Shown here: piece after piece, positions 18,866-24,127 of the stretch | How the letters are laid out: each line of letters starts with the position of its first letter | How positions within the stretch are numbered: position 1 is the first letter of the stretch | IMG/VR virus record: IMGVR_UViG_2703718829_000007 | Coordinates: 1 to 24,127 of that record | Length of the DNA: 24,127 bases | Origin: a virus | Lineage: Duplodnaviria; Heunggongvirae; Uroviricota; Caudoviricetes | Strand: one strand, 5' to 3' | Program-made: the position numbers and the translations under genes | Notes under the pieces: model-generated | What the model saw: the letters and a program-made list of their open reading frames with translations, nothing else | Told to the model about the DNA's origin: nothing | Databases searched by the model: none

Positions 18866-19440
18866 CAAACGATGATTATATCCGTCTGTTGTCGGCACTG
18901 TTGCCGCCCGGTCCGGCGTGGTCAGTCAGCGATCCGGCGATTGCCGGTGCGGCACCGTCATTAACCCGCGTTCATCAGCGTGCGGATGCCCTGATGCGGG
19001 AGCTGGATCCGCGCACCACCACTGAACTGATAAACCGCTGGGAGCGTCTGTGCGGTCTGCCGGATGAATGTATTCCCGCAGGGACACAGACCCTTCGCCA
19101 GCGTCAGCAACGGCTGGATGCGAAGGTTAATCTGGCGGGCGGCATCAATGAGGATTTTTATCTTGCACAGCTTGCTGCCCTGGGCAGACCAGACGCCACT
19201 ATCACGCGATACGATAAAAGCACGTTCACCTGCTCATCGGCCTGTACTGACGCAGTGAATGCGCCGGAATGGCGGTATTACTGGCAGGTCAACATGCCAG
19301 CCGCCACCAACACCACCTGGATGACATGTGGCGATCCCTGTGATTCCGCACTGCGTATCTGGGGCGACACCGTTGTCGAGTGCGTGCTTAACAAACTCTG
19401 CCCTTCGCATACCTACGTAATTTTTAAATATCCGGAGTAA
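18856..19440 (+). CDS. tail protein, DUF2313-like (Mu gp48 / YmfQ-like)
   Basis: 194 aa, Cys-rich C-terminus, between the J-like protein and the tail fibre. Confidence 0.7.
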   Translation: MDVTNDDYIRLLSALLPPGPAWSVSDPAIAGAAPSLTRVHQRADALMRELDPRTTTELINRWERLCGLPDECIPAGTQTLRQRQQRLDAKVNLAGGINEDFYLAQLAALGRPDATITRYDKSTFTCSSACTDAVNAPEWRYYWQVNMPAATNTTWMTCGDPCDSALRIWGDTVVECVLNKLCPSHTYVIFKYPE

Positions 19441-19443
19441 TCC

Positions 19444-20490
19444 ATGCATCGTATAGACACGAAAACCGCGCAGAAGGATAAGTTCGGCGCGGGTAAGAAC
19501 GGTTTTACCCGTGGTAACCCCCAGACCGGCACACCTGCCACCGATCTGGATGATGACTACTTTGACATGTTGCAGGAAGAACTTTGTAGCGTTGTTGAGG
19601 CATCCGGTGCCAGTCTGGAGAAGGCGCGGCACGACCAGCTGCTTACCGCACTTCGTGCGCTGCTGTTAAGCCGCAAGAATCCGTTTGGCGATATCAAATC
19701 GGATGGCACTGTGCAAACGGCTCTCGAAAACCTTCAATTGCGAGAATCATTCACAGGTGTGGTTGGTCAGGCCGTTAACCAGAAAATGAGCGTGGCAATA
19801 GCGTCGGCATCAGCAACATTCACCGCTGACCAGGTTATTGTTGGTGAGTCATTATCTGGCAAGCAGTACCGTGTAAGTTCGGTAAGCGAAACTATCAACC
19901 TCACCACGACTGGGGCGGGCGGGATGGATACAGGAGCAGCCCCTGCCAGTGGTTGGGTTGCTATTTACCTTATTTACAACCCAACGACCAACACCTCAGC
20001 ATTACTTGGTGTTAACACGACAACCGTCGTTGCGCCCACAGTCTACGGCGGTGCAAACATGCCAGCGGGATATACGGCGAGCGCACTCGTATCCGTCTGG
20101 AGAACAACAAGCGGCTCTTTGCTTCTGAATGGGTACCAGCGAGGTCGAAAATTTTGCATCCCGCGTGTAGATGTACTGACCACAAGCAGTAACCCAGGAC
20201 CATACTCACCAATCCCTCTTAGCGCAGCCGTACCGCTAAACGCTATAGCAGCGAGTGGTTACGCATTCTGTAACTCAGGCTCTGGTTCTGGGTTTGCGGT
20301 TTTGTCTGTCGGGTCTGATGCAAATGGGCTTGGGTATTTTCAGGTGTATGCCGGGCTGGTTGGTTCGCTAGGGAGCGATATCTATTTTGAGAATACCCTC
20401 GCTGAACCTCAAAAACTTTACTACACGTTTACCTGGACAACGCCAGCAGTGTCAAATGCCACCATTGGGATAAGCGGTTATACGATCTAA
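19444..20490 (+). CDS. tail fibre protein
   Basis: 348 aa; conserved N-terminal domain ([47 protein letters not shown]...) followed by a Ser/Thr/Gly-rich variable C-terminal part typical of receptor-binding fibres. Confidence 0.8.
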   Translation: MHRIDTKTAQKDKFGAGKNGFTRGNPQTGTPATDLDDDYFDMLQEELCSVVEASGASLEKARHDQLLTALRALLLSRKNPFGDIKSDGTVQTALENLQLRESFTGVVGQAVNQKMSVAIASASATFTADQVIVGESLSGKQYRVSSVSETINLTTTGAGGMDTGAAPASGWVAIYLIYNPTTNTSALLGVNTTTVVAPTVYGGANMPAGYTASALVSVWRTTSGSLLLNGYQRGRKFCIPRVDVLTTSSNPGPYSPIPLSAAVPLNAIAASGYAFCNSGSGSGFAVLSVGSDANGLGYFQVYAGLVGSLGSDIYFENTLAEPQKLYYTFTWTTPAVSNATIGISGYTI

Positions 20491-20500
20491 GGAGTGAATT

Positions 20501-20668
20501 ATGTCTGTTGTATATGTGCAGTTCTCTGATGAGAAAGAAACAGAAATTGTCTCTGTTTTTGCATCTCCGGCCGACCCGGATTACTACCAGTTTTTGGGGG
20601 AGGTAGAGGGGGATGATGAGCGGCTTAAAATCTTTTGGAAGCAATTCCCTCAGCATGCCGTAGGTTGA
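20501..20668 (+). CDS. hypothetical small acidic protein downstream of the tail fibre
   Basis: 55-aa ORF not in the track (under 60 aa), with a perfect AAGGAG SD 6 nt upstream of the ATG. Acidic (DEKETE, EVEGDDE). Could be a remnant or adaptor. Confidence 0.35.
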   Translation: MSVVYVQFSDEKETEIVSVFASPADPDYYQFLGEVEGDDERLKIFWKQFPQHAVG

Positions 20669-20848
20669 TTGGATAATAAGTCGCTAGGTGAGAACTGGCG
20701 GATAATTTTTCTAGATAAGTTTTTAGCAACCAGCATTCCTGTTTTTTATATCCAGGATTTTGGTTTACAGTACTTATTTTTAACTGTATTGAGGATGGCG
20801 AAAACAGATTGAAAATTACATCCAGATCACCCAATCGATAATCAACCA

Positions 20849-20882
20849 TTATAAAAAAGGCTCCCTTTTTAGGGAGCCTTGT
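20849..20882 (-). terminator. Rho-independent terminator of the acyltransferase gene (also a possible bidirectional stop for the late operon)
   Basis: Perfect 10-bp stem AAGGCTCCCT / AGGGAGCCTT (20857-20880) with a 4-nt loop, followed on the minus strand by TTTTTTAT, a few bp after the acyltransferase stop. Confidence 0.55.
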
Positions 20883-20886
20883 GTGG

Positions 20887-22092
20887 TTATATTTTTGCTT
20901 TACTGATAAAATTATCTAGGGTTTTTCCTACGGTACGGCTAAGTATCACTGATTTTTTCTCTATTAATTGATAAAATATCATTGAACCAATTAAAGAAAG
21001 AGTGACGAATACTAAAAAGGAAGCAATGTATGCTAAATAAACGTTATTTGTATGAATATATACATATAGGTTTATTGGCATTATTGCAGATGAAAGAACT
21101 AACCAGTGAACAAGGTATAAAGAGAAAGAAATTTTCCCAAAAAATTGAACAAGTTTAGTGGATAGGAAATCGCGAATGTATCCTCTGGACATTACTAGAA
21201 TTAGCAATAATATTGCACCGACACCACGTAAAAACTCGTATGGGTGGTAAGGGAACATCCCAGGAATCGATAAGTCTTGCATGTTTATTAATGGGGCAAC
21301 AAAATAGTTCCCTGGTATAAAAATCCAACCCCAGGGATAGAATACCGGGCAACTTTGAAGTATCACTATAGCTAATATCATTAGCAAAGTAATAACGTAT
21401 TTTTCTTTGTTGTTAAATAAATTGCTTGTTTTTTCGTCGGCAAACAAGATGGATATCCATGCGCCAATGAGAAGAAAAAACACATAATATCCGTAACTAA
21501 AGATAGTAAATAAAAATAATAAAAGAATGCCATGCCTTGAATTATTTCTTCCTACCTGAGCAACAATTAATAGTAACAGCGAGCCCATAAACTCAGTCGA
21601 CATTGACCATATTACAGGGTTAAGAAATCTAGTTGAAAAATCTGTGGTATATAGCGTAAGAATGCCTTGCTTTATTACTTCATCGAAAGCTACATTTTCA
21701 TCGTGATCATAACGAAATCCAGATTTTACTAAGATATATCCAATAATACAGGAAGCAAATACAGGAACACCAAGTCGAATAAAACGACGTATTAATGATG
21801 CTATAAATGTTGTATTTGCTTTGAAGGCGCCAAGAAGAATTGCGCCAGATAAGATGAAAAAAACTATAGTAGCAAAATTACCATTGATAGTGAATACGAA
21901 TGGTGTCGTTTCAGTAAATTCGTAGAATTTTGAAAGCCAATAAGGGAATGCATCTGGGTAGTGTGAAAGCATAAAAAGCTTTGTTTCACCAAAAAAATGA
22001 CCATAAGCAACAATTATAGCCATTAGTCCGCGTAACCCATCAAAATATAGGATTCTGTTCTTTTTTTGTTCCAATTTATTGAACCTCATCAT
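20887..22092 (-). CDS. acyltransferase family 3 integral membrane protein (probable O-antigen / polysaccharide O-acetyltransferase, lysogenic conversion)
   Basis: About 400 aa, very hydrophobic with many predicted TM helices. N-terminal signature ...ILYFDGLRGLMAIIVAYGHFF... matches the conserved Arg/His region of AT3 acyltransferases (Oac/OafA-type). Visibly AT-rich. Start is uncertain: the track uses a TTG at 22137; the ATG pair at 22087-22092 fits family N-termini better. Confidence 0.8.
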   Translation of the reverse strand: MMRFNKLEQKKNRILYFDGLRGLMAIIVAYGHFFGETKLFMLSHYPDAFPYWLSKFYEFTETTPFVFTINGNFATIVFFILSGAILLGAFKANTTFIASLIRRFIRLGVPVFASCIIGYILVKSGFRYDHDENVAFDEVIKQGILTLYTTDFSTRFLNPVIWSMSTEFMGSLLLLIVAQVGRNNSRHGILLLFLFTIFSYGYYVFFLLIGAWISILFADEKTSNLFNNKEKYVITLLMILAIVILQSCPVFYPWGWIFIPGNYFVAPLINMQDLSIPGMFPYHPYEFLRGVGAILLLILVMSRGYIRDFLSTKLVQFFGKISFSLYLVHWLVLSSAIMPINLYVYIHTNNVYLAYIASFLVFVTLSLIGSMIFYQLIEKKSVILSRTVGKTLDNFISKAKI

Positions 22093-23096
22093 TTCAAAAT
22101 AGTGAGCAATGATAGTGTTAAGAGTGTAGTAAAGCAATGCCTTCTGGAATCGAAGTTAAAACAACGGAGCTTAAATTAGTTGAAGTGAGATTTGCTAATA
22201 AAGGTAATAAATTCAATCAATTACTTCTTGAGGGCGTATTGGTGTTAAGAAGATTTTAACATTGTATCACATACCACGGGGGCATTCTGATGAAATCAGA
22301 AAAATAGACAGGGTAATAGCTATCGATTGATGATGGTGGTTGCTATGCTTCATATAGAGTTTCCGATACTATCACGCACATTATTAATGATAGCAGAACG
22401 GTGGAGTTTAATGGTTGGCCAAGCCTTGTTGAACAATGGTTAATCATGCTGTTTTAATATACCTTCTTTGGAGAAAAATGCTAACAACTCCAACGTGCAT
22501 TGCCCGAGATTGGCTGTAACCATAATAATTTTATGGAGTTTATTGAATAAACCCGAGTTAGTAGACAGGATGACGCCTACCGGAACACCCGTTATGCGAT
22601 GCGGACGCTGTCCGGCATACCCAGCACGGTCATCCGGTTTAGCGCTTTGACCATCGCCGTTTCTGCCACTGAACGACGGTGATAACCCACTTTCTTTTTC
22701 CAAACATAATTGCTGGATAGGGTCAGGGTTATTATGATGCTTGGAATTATCGAACGCTGCCGCAGAATGTTAGAGAACGGAGCAATCCGGCAACGTGATC
22801 GGTGTGGGGGTAAAGACGATTTATAAATACTTTCCTGTCACAAGTCCAGCGCGTAATGCCAGTTCCCGAGTGTAGGTATGATCATGAAAAAGTGGTGCGC
22901 ACCTAAATATCTTTAATACAGGCGTAGGATGCCATGCATTAGGATCGGGTTAAACAGGGATGTTTACGTTCTGGAAAACTGCCCGCAGATAGCCGGCGTG
23001 ATCTAGAATGATTTTTGTGTACATATATGTGTACTGTACAAAAGAAGATTTGGCTTTTAATTTCAATAAAAACAATAAATTGAATTGTTTTTAAAA

Positions 23097-23119
23097 TATA
23101 TCCATTTAACTAAGAGGAC
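23097..23119 (-). pseudogene. 5' fragment of a tRNA-Arg(CCU)-like gene (argW-like), apparently truncated
   Basis: Minus-strand sequence GTCCTCTTAGTTAAATGGATATA matches the first 23 nt (acceptor stem, D-arm) of enterobacterial tRNA-Arg(CCU) as recalled from memory. What follows is AT-rich and cannot form anticodon or T arms. Lies about 75 bp downstream of the YfdC-like gene. Confidence 0.35.
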
Positions 23120-23194
23120 AATGCGGCATGAGTATACCCGCTAATGGAGTGCGGGGTAAGTACGCTGCCGCTCGATTGCTTAAACCCTCGCCAT

Positions 23195-24127
23195 TTATGC
23201 CGGGTTTTTATAATTTTTCTTAATGTTTTCCGCACGTTCTGCTTTTTGGCGTGCTTCTGCTTTACGCTTATTGCTCATGTCGTTACGAATCTGTGCATGA
23301 CTCATTAACGCGAAGATAAAGGTGCCGCCGCAGATGTTCCCCGCTAAAGTAGGTAGTGCGAAGGGCCAGATGAAATCGCTCCAGTGCAGCGTACCGTTAA
23401 ACACCAGATAGAGGATTTCAACAGAACCGACCACGATATGGGTGGTGTCACCCAGGGCAATAAGCCAGGTCATCAATATAATCACCACAATCTTTGCCGC
23501 ACCCGCTGCAGGAAACATCCAAACCATAGTGGCGATCAGCCAGCCGGAAATGATCGCGTTGGCAAACATCTCGCTGGGGGTGTTCTTCATCACATCCATG
23601 CCGATTTTGACAAATGCATCGCGAGTTTCTTCATTGAAGATAGGCATATATTCAAATGCCCACGCCGCAATACCTGTCCCGAGAATATTACCCAGCAGCA
23701 CGACGCCCCATAACCGTATAAGTAAGCCGACGTTGCTCATTGTCGGTTTTTGCATGACGGGTAGTACCGCAGTCACGGTATTTTCGGTAAATAATTGCTG
23801 GCGGGCCATAATGACGATAATAAAACCAAAGGTATAACCGAGATTCTCCAGCAAGAAGCTGCCCGGCACACCTTCCAGTTCGACTTGAAATATCCCTTTT
23901 GCCAGTAACGAAGCGCCCATCGACAGACCCGCCGCAATGGCTGACCACAGTAGCGCCATTGCGTCGCGTTCCAGCTCTTTTTCACCATCCTGGCGGATAT
24001 GCTCATGAATTGCCATCGCCCGGGAGGGGAGTCGGTCTTCATCTATTTCTATTTTTTTGCCGCGCTCTTTTTCTTCGCTCTCAACTTCCATTTCGTCGCT
24101 GTGTTGATCAATTTTGTCGTTGTCCAT
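23195..24127 (-). CDS. yfdC: formate/nitrite transporter (FNT) family inner-membrane protein, YfdC-like (host gene)
   Basis: 310-aa ORF with a hydrophilic acidic N-terminus followed by multiple TM helices. The start codon is at the very end of the window. Codon usage is host-like. In E. coli-like genomes yfdC lies next to argW, a known prophage integration site. Confidence 0.75.
   Translation of the reverse strand: MDNDKIDQHSDEMEVESEEKERGKKIEIDEDRLPSRAMAIHEHIRQDGEKELERDAMALLWSAIAAGLSMGASLLAKGIFQVELEGVPGSFLLENLGYTFGFIIVIMARQQLFTENTVTAVLPVMQKPTMSNVGLLIRLWGVVLLGNILGTGIAAWAFEYMPIFNEETRDAFVKIGMDVMKNTPSEMFANAIISGWLIATMVWMFPAAGAAKIVVIILMTWLIALGDTTHIVVGSVEILYLVFNGTLHWSDFIWPFALPTLAGNICGGTFIFALMSHAQIRNDMSNKRKAEARQKAERAENIKKNYKNPA

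Larger units (their letters stand above)
1..23096. mobile_element. prophage late region (HK97-like head module plus Mu-like contractile tail), extending beyond the left edge; right boundary approximate
   Basis: Continuous co-directional operon of lysis, packaging, head and tail genes with translational coupling, three AT-rich insertions, then a host gene and tRNA fragment at the right. The true right att boundary lies somewhere between about 20670 and 23097. Confidence 0.65.

Noticed and set aside
22560-22700. Possible integrase or transposase C-terminal remnant in the GC-richer block
   Set aside because: The minus-strand translation (…VGYHRRSVAETAMVKALNRMTVLGMPDSVRIA*) lacks the catalytic R-H-R-Y context of tyrosine recombinases and the upstream frame is not protein-like; cannot be supported.
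22440-22703. 87-aa minus-strand ORF and overlapping 60-aa plus-strand ORF in the junction region
   Set aside because: They overlap each other, have no convincing RBS and no recognisable domain; more likely non-coding remnant. Kept as part of the junction finding instead.
23013-23044. Alternating purine-pyrimidine imperfect palindrome (TGTGTACATATATGTGTACTGTACA) considered as a LexA/SOS box or operator
   Set aside because: Does not fit CTGT-N8-ACAG spacing and the palindrome is imperfect; may just be an AT-rich junction sequence.
1-24127. CRISPR arrays, IS elements, integrase or repressor genes
   Set aside because: No regularly spaced repeat-spacer arrays, no terminal inverted repeats flanking a transposase-like ORF, and no recombinase or HTH repressor ORFs seen; the integration and immunity modules are presumably outside the window.

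Overview
This window is the late (lysis, packaging, head, tail) region of an enterobacterial prophage, ending at a junction with host DNA. From left to right on the + strand: the C-terminal end of an i-spanin with an overlapping o-spanin lipoprotein; an HNH endonuclease; small and large terminase subunits; HK97-type portal, prohead protease and major capsid protein; head-tail connector proteins; a Mu-like contractile tail module (sheath, tube, frameshifted chaperone pair, tape measure, DNA-circularization protein, baseplate hub, spike, wedge and J-like proteins, DUF2313-like protein); and a tail fibre. Three visibly AT-rich insertions interrupt this GC-rich backbone: (1) a two-gene cassette of unrecognised proteins on the minus strand between the lysis and packaging modules (341-1364), (2) a single gene with its own promoter and terminator between the tape measure and baseplate genes (13851-14381), and (3) an acyltransferase-3 family gene (probable O-antigen acetylase, lysogenic conversion) after the tail fibre (20887-22092). 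The right end holds about 1 kb of ORF-poor sequence, a 23-nt match to the 5' end of tRNA-Arg(CCU) (argW-like) that does not continue as a tRNA, and a 310-aa formate/nitrite-transporter-family gene (YfdC-like) that is host DNA. No integrase, repressor, CRISPR array or IS element is visible; the integration and regulatory modules presumably lie beyond the left edge. The two-gene cassette and the tail-module insertion are the best candidates for an undescribed accessory (defence or exclusion) function. All functional calls are from reading the translated proteins and local signals by eye; no database search was run.
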